In this document: piece by piece, positions 1-13,349 of the stretch | Layout of the letters: each line of letters opens with the position of its first letter | Position numbering within the stretch: the first letter of the stretch is position 1 | NCBI RefSeq assembly: GCF_009914755.1 | Contig: NC_060947.1 | Origin: the human T2T-CHM13v2.0 reference genome, Homo sapiens | Length of the DNA stretch: 64,000 bases | Strand: one strand, 5' to 3' | Translations under genes and position numbers: made by a program | The notes under the pieces: generated by a model | Told to the model about the DNA's origin: nothing | What the model saw: only the letters and a program-made list of their open reading frames with translations | The model's database searches: none

Positions 1-2134
1 CCTATTATTTCATCACCTATGTTTTCTAACCCATTCATTTTTTCTTTACCTCCTGGGACTCCACAAATTTGAATATTTGGTCCCTTTATGGTGTTCCATA
101 TGTAATGTAGGCTTTGTTCATCTTTTTTAATTCTCTTTATTTTTGTCTGACTGGGTTATTTCAAAAGATCTGTCTTCAAGTTCTGAAATTCTTTATTCTA
201 CTTGATTTAATCAATTATTAAAACTTTCCAATATATTTTGAACTTCATTCAATGAATTATTTAGTCCCAGAATTTTTTTAATGATGTCTATCTCTGGCAA
301 ATTTCTCATTCATATCCTGAATTTTCTGATTCCTGTATATTGGTTTTCGGTATTCTTTTGTATCTCCCTGAGTTTTCAAAAATCATTATTACAAATTATT
401 TTCCAAGATTTTGTACATTTATTTTTGATTTGGATCTATTTCTGAAGAATTATTGTGCTCCTTTATAGGTGTCATATTTCTTTGCATTTTCACGTTCTCT
501 ATGTTGTTATGTTGATATCTGCACATGTAGTGTAACAATTGCTTCTAATTTTTTTGAATTTGTTTTCATAGGGGAAGACATTTTCCTGAAGATACATCTA
601 TGGTGTTGGTTGGGTAGGCCACTTTGGTTTTGATTCTGGGTGCATGCAGTAGAATACTCGCTGTATGATTTCTTTTTCTGTAAATAGCATTATTGGTATC
701 TATGATATCCTTGATGTTTTAGTGTGCAGTTATTACTGGAGGCTGTAGTGAAGTTCTGCCTGAGACTGGACCCCAGTGGTGGCATTGGTAGTCTGAGTCT
801 GCCTATCCTTGGGCCCTAAGGCAGAGTATTATGGCACCTGTGTTAGTGGATCTATGGGAGCTGATTCTTGGGCCTCTACATTGTTTGCTTGGATTTCAGT
901 TGTGGCTGTGGTGGCCAGATGGGTGGGAAAGTTCTCAGGCTATACAGCAGATGTGGCATGGGCAATTGCAGTAGCATTGGTGGTATATCTCTCTGGGTTT
1001 TGAGCAGTAAATGCTAGTGTTGTTGGCATCCCCAATGGGTTGGGAAGGCCAGTCTCCAGGTCCTCAGGTAGTGTGTGCCTGTAAGTGTCAGCTGTGGCAG
1101 TATCAGCAGGGTGGGTGTGCTCAACCTCAGTTCCCTGGGAGGAGTGCTCAAGGAGACAGGCTGGGTGATCCCTAGACCCCTGGACTGCATACTCTGGCAT
1201 GAGGGGGTGAAGCTGGACTAAATGGGCATGTTCTAGGGCCTCACAGTGGTGCATACTGACATTGGTTGTGGTAGGTAGGGACAGAGTAATCCTTAGGCCA
1301 CAAGTAGAATGCTAAAGAGAGGCAGCAGCTGCACTGAAGCCTTGTCACTGGGAAGGGTGGGGTTGCTTTCAGTGGCAGCTGCCATATGCAGGTGTATGGG
1401 GAGCATGCTCTTTGCTCACACTTTGTCTCCCACAATGTCAGTCAACACTTCACTCAAAATTCATCTTCAACATGCAGCAACTGAAGCTACACTTAAGGAA
1501 TTCTGCCACTGCATGGTGGCTTCTCTCCTGGAGGCAGTGGAGTCACTGCCTGTTGCCCATGTTTTGGCCCTGCTGATAGCCGTCAGCCAGTGTGGTGTTT
1601 GTGGGTAGGGGATGTCAGTGAAGCTCCAGGGATGTGGAGATGAAGGTACTGTTGAGACCAATGGCCATATCTAGTCTTGGGATCTGGGATCTCAAAATGG
1701 CACCTTGCAATAGTTGCCTAGAACTTGGAGCAGCAAGGAGGTCGGATACAGCACAAGTTCCCTCTTTGGGCAGTGTCATCATGTGGTCTTCAGGCAGCTC
1801 CCTGTTAGTTGCAGGGTCTGCATGGGTCAAGAGGCTCTTCCATGTTTAAGATTGCAGGAGTCCACGGTAGAAAGGTGGACTGCTGGGGATCCCTCACTTA
1901 CCATTTACCCACATTTGGGAGTCTCACCAGTCTCCAGGCAGAACCCAGCTGAGGAGGCTGCCTTTCTTCCCTCTCTTTCTGTGCTTTAGGTATTTCCTGT
2001 CACTTTTCTGTTGAACCACAGTGTTCTCTTTTGGATAATCTATTCAAAGTGTGATTACCTACTGGCTATTTAGCTTCTTATTTGTGGTGAAGGTGAGTAT
2101 GAGATGTCTCTATAAGCCATCTTGAAGTACCTCC
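1..2134 (-). mobile_element. Old L1 (L1M2/L1MA4-like), 5'UTR plus decayed ORF1; continues past the window start
   Basis: Reverse complement of 1981-2134 (GGAGGTACTTCAAGATGGCTTATAGAGACATCTC...ATCACACTTTGAATAGAT) matches the 5' end of the + strand L1 at 51556. Positions 1-560 are T-rich antisense ORF1-like sequence. Confidence 0.8.
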
Positions 2135-2261
2135 AGTCTATTTTGCTATCTTTAATATGTTTAACAATAAGGCATTCAAGTGAAGAATTGTCCTATAACA
2201 AGACTTGAATCTAAAATGTGGATAAATGTTATTGATTGAAGCAGACAAATGTAGAACCTGA

Positions 2262-5200
2262 AAGATGGCTGACTAGAAGCAGCAGCAATCAGAGGCTGTC
2301 ATTGAAAATAACCATAACAGCGTGAGAATCCTGCACCGGCAACCAAGGTATCCAGGTTCTCTCATCCTGGGACTGACTAGGTAGCTGGTGTGACCCACAG
2401 AGAGAAAGGAAGAGCAGTGTGGTGCGGTGGCCCACCATATATATATAGTATGTGTGTATGTATATATATATACACACACACACATATATATATATAGGCC
2501 AATGACACTATGAAGAAACTGCATCAACTAGTGTGCAAAATAACCAGATAGCATCATGATGACAGATCAAATTTACACACAACAATATTAACCTTAAATG
2601 TAAATGGGCCAAATGCCCCAATTAAAAGACATGGAGTGGCAAATTGGATAAAGAGTCAAGACCCATCAATGTGCTGTGTTCAGGAGACCCATGTCAAGTG
2701 CAAAGACAAACATAGGCTCAAAATAAAGGGATGGAGGAAAATTTACCAAGCAAATGGAAAACAAAAAAGCAGGGATTCCAATCCTAGTCTCTGACAAAAC
2801 AGACTTTAAACCAACAAAGATCAAAGAAGGCAAAGAAAGGCATTACATAATGGTAAAGGCATCAATTCAAGAAGAAGAACTAACCTAAATATATATGCAC
2901 CCAATACAGGAGCACCCAGATTCACAAAACAAGTTCTTAGAGACCTACAAAGAGACTTAGACTCTCACACAATAATAGTGGGAGACTTTATCACCCTACT
3001 GTCAATATTAGACAGATTGAGAGACAAAATTAGCAGGGATATTTAGGACGTGAACTCAGTTCTGGATCAAGTGGACCTAATGGACGTCTACAGAATTCTC
3101 CACCACAAATCAACAGAATATGCATTCTTCTCAGTGCCACATGGCACTTATTCTAAAATCGATCACGTAATTGGAAGTAAAACACTCCTCAAAAGATGCA
3201 AAATAACTGAAATCATAAAAAACAGTCCCTCAGACCACAGTACAACAAAACTAGAACTCAGGATTAAGGAACTCACTCAAAACCACACAATAACATGAAA
3301 ATTGAACAACCTGCTCCTGAATGACTCCTGGGTAAATAACAAAATTAAGGCAGGCATCAAGAAATTCTTTGAAATGAATAAGAACAAAGAAACAACATAC
3401 CAGAATATCTTGAACACAGCTAAAGCAGTTTTAAGAGGAAAATTTATAGCACTAAATGCCCACATCAGAAAGCTGGAAACATCTCAAATCAACACCCTAA
3501 GATCACAATTAAAAGATCTATGGAAGCAAGAGCAAAGAAATCCAAAAGCTAGCAGAAGACAAGAAATAACTAAGATCAGAACACAACTGAAGGAGATAGA
3601 GACACAAACCCCCCCCCAAAAAAACAATAAATCCAGGAGCTGTTTTTTGAAAAAATTAACGAAATAGTCCACTAGCTAGACTAATAAAGAAGAAAAGAGA
3701 GAAGTATCAAATAGACAACAATAAAACATGATAAAGGGGATATCACCACTGACCCCACAGAAATACAAACTACCATCAGATAATATTATAAATACCTCTA
3801 CACAAATAAACTTTAAAATCTAGAAGAAATGGATAAATTTCTGAACACATACACCCTCCAAGACTAAACCAGGAAGAAATCTATTCCCTGAATAGACCAA
3901 TAACAAGTTCTGAAAATAAGGCAGTAATTAATAGCCTACTAACTAAAAAAAAGCCCAAGAGCAGACATATTCATAGCCAAATTCTACCAGAGGTACAACA
4001 AGGAGCTGATACCATTCTTTCTGAAACTATTCCAAAGAATTGAAAAGGAGAGACTACTCCCTAACTCATTTTATGAGGCCAGCATCATAGTGATAGTAAA
4101 ATCTGGCAGGAACACACACACAAAAAAACTTCAGGCCATTATCCCTGATAATCACCGATGTGAAAATCCTCAATAAAATACTGGCAAACTGAATCCAGCA
4201 GCACATCAAAAAGCTTATCCACCATGATCAAGTCAGCTTCATCCCTGGGATGCAAGGCTGGTTCAACATACACAAATCAATAAATGTTATCCATTACATA
4301 AATAGAATCAATGACAAAAACCACATTAATATATCAATACATGCAGAAAAGGCCTTTGATAAAATTCAACATCTCTTCATGTTAAAAACTCTTAATAAAC
4401 TAGGTATTGATGGAATATATCTCAAAATATTAGGAGCTATTTTATGACAAACCCACAGCCAATATCATATTGAATGGGTAAAAGCTGGAACCTTTGAAAA
4501 CCGGTACAGGACAAGGATGCTCTCTCTCACCACTCCTATTCAACATAGTATTGGAAGGTGTGGCAAGGGCAATCAAGCAAGAGAAAAAAATAAAGGGCAT
4601 TCAAATAGAAAGGAAGTCAAATTGTCTCTGTTTGCAGACAATATGATTCTATATTTAGAAAACTCCATAGTCTCAGCCTAAAAACTTTTTAAGCTGATAA
4701 GCAACATCAGCGAAGTCTCAGGATACAAAATCAATGTGCAAAACTCACAAGCATTCATATACAATAACAAAAGTCAAGCAGAGAGGCAAATCGTAACAAA
4801 CTCCCATTCACAATTGCTAAAAAAAGAATAAAATACCTAGGAATACGTCTAACAAGGGATGTGAAGGACCTCTTTAAGGAGAACTACAGACCACAGCTCA
4901 AAGAAATAAGAGAGGACACAAACCAATTGGAAAACATTCTATCCTCATGGATAGGAATAATCAATATTGTGAAAATGACCATTCTACCCAAAGTAATTTA
5001 TAGATACAATGCTATTCCCATCAACCTACCATTGACATTCTTCACAGAAATAGAAAAACTACTTTAAATTCCATATGGACCCAAAAAAGAGCTCGTACAG
5101 CCAAGAAAATCCTAAGCAAAAAGAACAAAGCTGGAGTCATCATGCTACCTGACTTCAAACTATACTACAAGGCTACAGTAGCCAAAACAGCACAGTACTA

Positions 5201-6580
5201 GTACCAAAAGAGACATATAGATCAATGGAACAGAACAGAGACCTCAAAAATAACACCACACATGTACATCCATCTGATCTTCGACAAACCTGACAAAAAC
5301 AAGCAATGGGGAAAGGATTCCCTGTTTAATAAATGGTGCTGGGTTAACTGGCCAGCCATATGCAGAAAACTGAAACTGGATCCCTTCCTTACACCTTATA
5401 CAAAAATTAACTCAAGATATATTAAAGACTTTAATGTAAAACCCAAAACCATAAAAACTCTAGATGAAAACCTAGTCAATGCCATTCAAGATATAGGCAT
5501 GGGAAATGCCTTCATGATAAAAACACCAAAAGCAATTGCAACAAAAGCCAAAATTGACAAATGAGATCTAATTAAACTAAAGAGTTTCTGCACAGCAAAA
5601 TAAGTTATCATCAGAGTGAACAGGCAACCTACAGAATGGGAGAACTTTTTTCCAATATATCCATCGGACAAAGGTCTAAATATCCAGAATAATCTACAAG
5701 GAACTTAATCAAATTTACAAGAAAATTAAAAAATAACCCCATCAAAAAGTGGGCAAAGGATATGAACAAACACTTCTCAAAAGAAGACATTTATGTGGCC
5801 AAGAAACATGAAAAAAAGCTCAGCATCACTGATCATTAGAGAAATGCAAATCAAAACCACAATGAGATACCATCTCACACAAGCCTAATAGCAATTATAC
5901 AAAAGTCAAGAAACAACAGATGCAAGCAAGGCTGTGAAGAAATAGGAAAGATTTTACACTGTTGGTGGGTTTGCTAATTAGTTCAACCATCGTGGGAGAC
6001 AGTGTGGCGATTCCTCAAGGATCTAGAATGAGAAATATCATTAGGCCCAGCAATCCCATTACTGGGTATATACCCAAAGCAATATAAATTATTCTGGTAT
6101 AAAGACACATGCACACGTATGTTTATTGCAGCACTATTTACAAGAGCAAAGACATGGAACCAACCCAAATGCCCATCAATGATAGGTTGGAAAAATAAAA
6201 TGTGGTACATATACACCATGAAATACATGCAGGCATAAATCATGTCCCTTGCAGAAACATGGATGAAGCTGGAAGCCATCACCCTGAGCAACTAACACAG
6301 GAACAGAAAACCAAACATTGCATGTTGTCACTCCTAAGTGAGAGTTGAACAATGGGAACACATGGACACAGGGATGGGAACAACACACACTGGGGCCAGT
6401 CGGAGGGTGAGGGTTGAGGAGACAGAGAGCATTAGGACAAATAGCTAATGCATGTGGGGCTTAAAACCGAGATGATGGGTTGATAGGTGCAACAAACCGC
6501 CATGGCACATGTATACCTATGTAACAAACCTGCATGTTCTGCACTGGTATTCTGGAACTTAAAGTAAAATAAAAAAGAAT
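2262..6580 (+). mobile_element. L1PA8-PA11-like LINE-1 with an internal deletion of most of the 5'UTR and ORF1; ORF2 decayed
   Basis: TSD ATGTAGAACCTGA at 2249-2261 and 6581-6593. 5' end reads AAGATGGCTGACTAGAAGC. ORF2 start region at ~2559. ORF2 peptides in the track ([45 protein letters not shown]). 3'UTR and A tail present. Confidence 0.93.
2437..2496. repeat. (TA)/(TG)/(CA) compound microsatellite forming a near-palindrome
   Basis: ATATATATATAGTATGTGTGTATGTATATA|TATATACACACACACACATATATATATATA. Confidence 0.9.
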
Positions 6581-6694
6581 ATGTAGAACCTGAGAAATAC
6601 TCTACTGCCAATTTTGTTTTGAAAAGTTGAGTTTTTGTCCAATCCATTGTAGCTCTTATGCATATTTTTACAGCATTTGGCTGTAACATTCTAT

Positions 6695-7245
6695 GCTTTG
6701 TCAAACTTACAGTGTTATGTATTAAATATTATAGTACCATATAGAATAGTTTGACTATCATAACAAATATCTTACGTTTTACCTACTGAACCAACCCTCC
6801 TCTATATCCCTGGCAACCACTGATCTATTTACCGTTTCTATAGTTTGCCCTTTTCAGAATTTCATATAAATAGAATCATACAGTGTATAGTATTCCATTG
6901 TACTGATGTACCACTATTTGCTTGCCCATTTGCCTATTGAAAGACATCGTGGTTGTTTCCATCTCCTGTTTTTTTTATAATTATGTGTAAAGCTGCTATA
7001 ATCATTTGTTTGTAGGATTTGTGAGAATGTAAATTTTCAAATCAATTGGGTAACTACCTAAGAATGTAATTGCTGAATCATATGGTAAGACTGTTTAACT
7101 TTGTAAGAAACTGCCAACAGTCTTCCAAAGTGGCTGTACTATTTTATATTCCCACGTGCAATAAATGTGAATTACTATTGTTCCTCATCAATAATTGGAA
7201 TTTTTAGTGTTTTGGATTTAGCCATTACAGTAGGTTGATAGCCTT
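6695..7245 (-). mobile_element. Ancient L1 3' fragment (L1MC/L1MD-like)
   Basis: CCCTGGCAACCACTGATCT...TAGTTTGCCCTTTTCAGAAT...TTTGTAAGAAACTGCCAACAGTCTTCCAAAGTGGCTGTAC is typical antisense L1M 3' sequence. Confidence 0.8.
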
Positions 7246-8283
7246 TTAATCTAAAACGTGTAAAATAAAAATCACATGGAATTTTCATACTAAGAACACT
7301 ATGGAAGATTACCCTTGCACGAAACTTTCAGGTTATATTTTCAGAATAATGTTAATAGCTTTAATTATATTTTTTAGTTTGAAAATGTATTTACTCTAAA
7401 ATTTATGCTTGCTTAGGAAATATATTTTAAATACTGAAGCTATTTACCCCCTTACAACTTTGGGGGAAAAAAAGTCACTGTTAACTAACTCATTTATATC
7501 AATCATCTTAGAATATAGTATATACTATTGACATATAGAAAATGCTAGATTCTGGTCAAACTTTTCAGTAACCTTGACTTTGAAGCATTAAACATTCTAA
7601 ATCTAAATAAGAAAATTCTGAAACACTGATAAATAAAAATAAAGGTTAAATGAAATGTCTTTTAGATTTTTTTCTATGTAATAGTAAACAAAGCTAAATT
7701 TTATTTTGATGGAATTAAGACTCCTAAACTTTAAAATTTAATATACTACAAAATTATCATTTGGGAGCTATCTTATCACAAAAAGTTAAAAATCTATGTC
7801 TCTACTTCATAGTTTAACAAATGACAACAAGGAATCAGTGCCCAAATGAGATTTTAAGTTCTAAGTACACTGAAATCTGTGGACTGATTTAGTGCTGATC
7901 TTAGATTTTACTAATTTGAATATATTGTAATGGACTGGGCACCCAGCACCTTAATACAGAATTTTCAGTTGGCCAATAGCTCAAAATTAAACTACAAATT
8001 ATAGATTTGTTAACCAGCCTAAGTGACATTGTGCTACAATATTCAGGCAAATAGTGAACCTTCTTCAAAAATTATGTACAATGTCCTATAAACTAAGCTG
8101 TTTCAACTTATTTTAGACTTTCTCAAAATTAAGAGACAAACGCATTTCAAAATGTTTATCACAAAAGCATAGTATATTAACCTTTCATAGAAGTGTTATG
8201 TGATATCCACTGAAAAGAAGATAAACATGTTCTACCAGGTACACACTTACTAAGTCAGAACAAAAAGCATGTTAATTCTTTTT

Positions 8284-8383
8284 GCGATATGGGCGATTGA
8301 TGAGAAGGCGGGTCAGGCATCTGGTGAGTAGTGCATGGCTAGGAATAGCCCTGTAATAATTTGAAGGGCTAAGCAGGTGCCGA
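8284..8383 (-). pseudogene. MT-CYB (NUMT): NUMT: nuclear copy of a mitochondrial cytochrome b fragment (codons ~38-70)
   Basis: Minus strand translates in the vertebrate mitochondrial code as [33 protein letters not shown], versus human CYTB [33 protein letters not shown]. The core CTATTCCTAGCCATGCACTACTCACCAGA matches human mtDNA as recalled. Confidence 0.93.
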
Positions 8384-10006
8384 CAGGGAAAGACAGGGAG
8401 GAAAAAACAATGTGCTGCTTTAAAGCATCTTTAAATGAATCAGACTGGTAATCTCATTATTAAATTGACTTTATAATTTTTAATTTTGATTAACATTTTA
8501 AAAAGAGAGCTGATCTAAACTGACAAGGAACTGTTCTAGCCATCTGATTCCTGACAAGAATTGATTGATTTAGATTTTTAGAGTGTAAAAAGCATCTACA
8601 ATATACAAATATATTTTAAAGCAAACTATTACATTGTGAAACATTTAGACCTTCTGTGTCTTCTATTGCATGCATTCCCCACTGTTTTCTTAATATTATT
8701 AATATAGCTGTGTCACATCTGTAGGATATTACAGCAATGGCATGATTCGACAAACTTAGAAATAACCAGCAGGTTTTGAAAAATCACTAAATGAATTTTT
8801 GTCCAATAATTGAATTAATTCATAACATCTGATCTAAGGTTAAGAATACTGTAGCATAATACAGTACCAATTCAATTCAATATGTTTAAAGGTAAAGGTT
8901 CAGAAGTGTATTAAGTGTTTTAGGTGATAGAATAGAAGATTCTTGAGGACACAGGACATACAAACAGAAAATGAAGGTTTATAGAAGTGAGATATAAATA
9001 GAGTTAATTGATTTCTACGAGTCAAAAGGAGAAAGCAGGGGGTGTCATACAAATATTTATACTTTTAACTACATTTATACTTCCAGTTTCTTAAGTACTT
9101 GGATATGGTTGAGAAATTTGAAAGGTGAGGTGTATGAAGTAGACAGAATAAGGGGAATTAAATATTACTTCTTGGAAAACAATATCATGAGATTTTCCCC
9201 TTATGCAAAGTGCATACCATCACTTATTTTCTCAATATAGATGGGTAATTAAATAGAGAATGAAGCACACAGTTTTTCTACTGGGTTTTCTTTTGGAAAA
9301 AGGAAATCTAGATTTGCCTATACATTGTATGAAAATTTTAATATAAGAATATTCATTGAGTTGAAATTTTACCAGTACTGATTTTCCATTAATATGAACG
9401 GAAAAAAGCAAATTCAGTTGATAATTTTTGTGTATAGTGAATATTATTTTTAAAACCCTGCAAAACATTAAGAATTTCAAGGTTTTAATTCAAACATCAA
9501 TCTATCTAATTACCATTGTCACTATCATCATCTATCTATCCTTCATAGAGAAGTTCCAGTCTCATGAAATTTAGTCACACAACTTGTAAAATATTCATAA
9601 CTAAGTCCAACTTATTTTCTCTAAAGTCCTAACTAAATATTCTACATGAGATATATTGGAACCTCCTACAAACCAGACCAATACTTTCACTTGTTACAGT
9701 TTTAATATTTTAAATGTGTGTATATACTAGTTAATAACTATTTTAAAAGTCCACCCAAACAGAAGGGAGCAGACAAGAAGAAATGCTTCTCAAAAGTAGC
9801 ATTAAGTGAATTAAAACTATCTGTGAACAATATTTTTATTCTGTAATGTTTAAAGAGTATTTCGTGCTTAGTTGTTGCAAATGATACTGTCATATCACTT
9901 CTTGAGATTCAGTTAGATGACTGTAGCATTGACTACTGGATTTTCTGCTTTTTTTTTTTTTTTTTTGCTTTTCTATTTGGAACTGTGGATCAAGAGCCTC
10001 ACAAGC

Positions 10007-10047
<41 letters not shown>
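10007..10047. repeat. (TA)n(TG)n microsatellite
   Basis: Direct reading. Confidence 0.95.
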
Positions 10048-10209
10048 AAAGTATTACGGAATGCTACTAATCTGTTATAACAAACTGTTTTTCTCTTCTT
10101 GGAGCAAACATGATTTGAATCATCAACTATAAATCCTTTTAGTAAACTAGACGCTAATCCAAAACCATGATTAGCAAACCGAAAAGATCTATGCAACAGC
10201 AATATATAA

Positions 10210-10375
10210 CATTAATGAGCACTTTCAAATTTATATCATTTAATCACCAAAATAAGCCTGTCTGGTATTTATTATTATTTAGATTATTATAGAATTGGAA
10301 ACTGAGATTCAGAGCGGTTAAATAATTTGCTTAATGTTATACAAATAGTTAGCAGTGGGGCATGAATTTAAATTT
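10210..10375 (-). mobile_element. MIR SINE
   Basis: GAAACTGAGATTCAGAGCGGTTAAATAATTTGC is the reverse complement of the MIR core. Confidence 0.75.
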
Positions 10376-10554
10376 ACGAAGCCGCCAGTATTTACCAAAC
10401 ACAATATGTGTCCGTGAATCTGTAAATCCCATGCTCAACAGACCCTTTTAAACGTACTGTCCAAATAACCCTTGCCTAAGTGACTAACTTCAGACTCTAT
10501 CTGTTCTGCACCATAAGGCCAGAATATGACACATGATTTATAACAACAAATATA

Positions 10555-10820
10555 ACTATATCAATAAATGTTTACTAAGCAATAGATAGTATGCCAACAT
10601 AGACAAGGTCCATATTTTCATGGAATTTTAAATCCTGTGAAAATGAAAAACCATGTAAACTAATAAATAAGGTAATTTTGGCTAATGTGACACGCTATTA
10701 AGAAAACTAGGTGAAGTAATAGGATAAAGTGTGCCTTGGGCTAGAGAAGTGGCTGTTTAAATAAGACAGCAAGGAAAAACCTCCCTCAGAAGAGGTGAAA
10801 TTTGAGCTAAAACCTGGATA
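10555..10820 (-). mobile_element. L2 3' fragment
   Basis: TCAATAAATGTTTACTAAGC...AGACAAGGTCC...TCATGGAATTT...GAGGTGAAATTTGAGCTAAAACCTG resembles the antisense L2 3' end. Confidence 0.65.
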
Positions 10821-10824
10821 ATCT

Positions 10825-10863
<39 letters not shown>

Positions 10864-10933
10864 ACACACACACACATACACACACACACACACTCTATGT
10901 ATCTATCTATCTATATCTATCATCATCATCATC
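10825..10933. repeat. (CA)n, (TATC)n and (CAT)n compound microsatellite
   Basis: Direct reading. Confidence 0.95.
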
Positions 10934-13349
10934 TAAATATACTATTATATATCCAGACACAGGTATTTTTAAAAGTTAACATGGCTTCAATTTAAATGTT
11001 CAAGATATGAGATTATTATGTCAAAATTAATAACAAAGTAGACTAAAGACCACTAAGGAATTCTGTTGCACTATTATGCTTTTATGAGAATTCTGCAATT
11101 TTATTTTAGTCTTTGGATTTATTATCTTGACTCAGAAGGCTTTCTTACTATATGTCAGGTTAAATTACTAATTTAAACATTTGTTTCATATGAAATTAAG
11201 TAAGAACATAAACTCATACTAAAAATTAAATGTCATTAATTATTAATTTCCCAAAAGTATTTATATCATTGTTTTTATTTAATTTTTGAGCGGGTGAAAA
11301 AAAAACACTTTATTATGAAGCTGAAAGACAGCCAAACAGAACTTATCACTTGATTGAATTTATTTTTAAAAACTAAATATTTCTAAATTGTTGGCTAGAG
11401 AATTAACCACATTATTCTTTTTGTAAACTTTTATTTTAGGTCAAGAGTACCTGTGTAGGTTTGTTATATAGAGAAATTGCATGTCACAGGGACTTTGGTG
11501 TACAGATTATTTCGCCACAGAGATAATAAGCATAGTACCTGATAGGTAACTTGTCAATCCTCATCTTCCTTCTACTCTCCACGCTCAAGTAGGCCTTGGT
11601 ATGTGTTGTTCCCTTTCATGTGTCCATGTGTATTCAGTATTAAGCTCCAATTTATAACTGAGAACATGCAGTATTTGTTTTTCTGTTGTGTGTGAGTGTG
11701 CTTAGAATAATGGCCTCTAACTCCATTCATGTTGGGGCAAAGGACATTATCTTGTTCTTTTTTATAGCTATACAATACTACATGATGTAAATGTTCCACA
11801 TTTTCTTTATCTAGTCTACTGTTGATGGGCATTTAGGATGATTCCTTATCTTTGCTATTGTGAAGAGTGCTGCAATGAACATACACATGCATATTACTTT
11901 ATGGTACAATGATTTATATTCATTTGTGTTCATACTCAATAATGAGGTTTCTGAGTAGAATGGTAGTTCTCTTTTAAGTTCTTTGAGAAATCATCTAATT
12001 GCTTTCCACAATGGCTGAGCTAATTTACATTCCCACCAATGTATAATGCAAACTCGCCAGCATCTGTTATATTTTGACTTTTTAATAGTAGCCATTCTGA
12101 CTGGTGGGAGAATGTATCTCACTGTGGTTTTCATTTGCATTTCTCTAATGATTAGAGATACTGAGCATTTTTTTCCTATGATTGTTGGCCGCGTGTCTGT
12201 ATTCTTTTGAAAAGTGTCTGTTTCATGTCCTTTGCCCACTTTTTAATGGGATTGTTTTGTGTTTTGCTTCTTAATTTAAAGCCCTTAGAGAATCTGGACA
12301 TTAGATGTTTGTCAGATGCATAGTTTGAAAATATCTTCCCCGATTGTGTAGACTCCCTGTTTACACTGTTGATAGTTACTTTTGCAGTGCAGAAGCTCTT
12401 TAGTTTAATTAGGTCCCATTTATCAATTTTTTGTTTTTGTTACTATTGCTTTGGCCTTTTTGTCATGAAATCATTACCTGGCTCTACATCCAGAATGACA
12501 CTTCATAGGATATCTTCCAGGGTTTTTATAGTTTTAGGTTTTAAATTTCAGTCTTTAATGTATCTTTAGTTGATTTTTTGTGTGGTGTAAGGAAGGAGTC
12601 CAGTTTCAGTGTTCCACATATGGCTAACCAGGTTTCCCAGTAGCATTTATTAAATAGAGAGTCCTCTCTCCATTGCTTGTTTTTGTTGACTATTGACTTT
12701 GTCGAAGATCAGATGGCTGTAGGTATGCAGCTTTATTTCTGGGATTTTTATTCTGTTCTATTTGTTTATATGTCTATTTTTGTACCAATAGCATGCTGTT
12801 TTTGGTAACTATAGCCTGGTAGTATATTTTGAAGTTGCATAAAGTGATGCCTCCAGCTTTGTTTTTTTTTTTTTTTTTTTTTTTGCTTACAATTCCTTTG
12901 GTTATTCAGCCTCTATTTTGGTTCCATATAATTTTTAAATAGTTTTTCTAATTCTGTGATGAATGCCATTGGTAGTTTGATCAGAATAGCATTCAGTCTG
13001 TGAATTTATTTAAACATCATACCCCTTTTAATGATATTGGGTCTCCCTATCCATGAGAGTGGAAGATTTTTCTATTTGTTTGTGTCATCTCTGGTATCTT
13101 TTAGCAGTGTTTTGTACTTCTCTGTGTAGCGATCTTCCACCTCCTTGGTTAGCTGTATTCCTAGGTATTTTAATCATTTTCTGGATATTGTGAATGGAGT
13201 TGCATTCTTGATTTGGCTCTCTGCTTGTATGTTATAGGTATATAGGAATGCTACTGATTTTTGTACATCAATTTTGTATCCTGAAACTTTACTGAAGTCA
13301 TTTACCAGAGCTAGAAGCCTTCTGACAGAGTCTATGGGGTTTTCTATGT

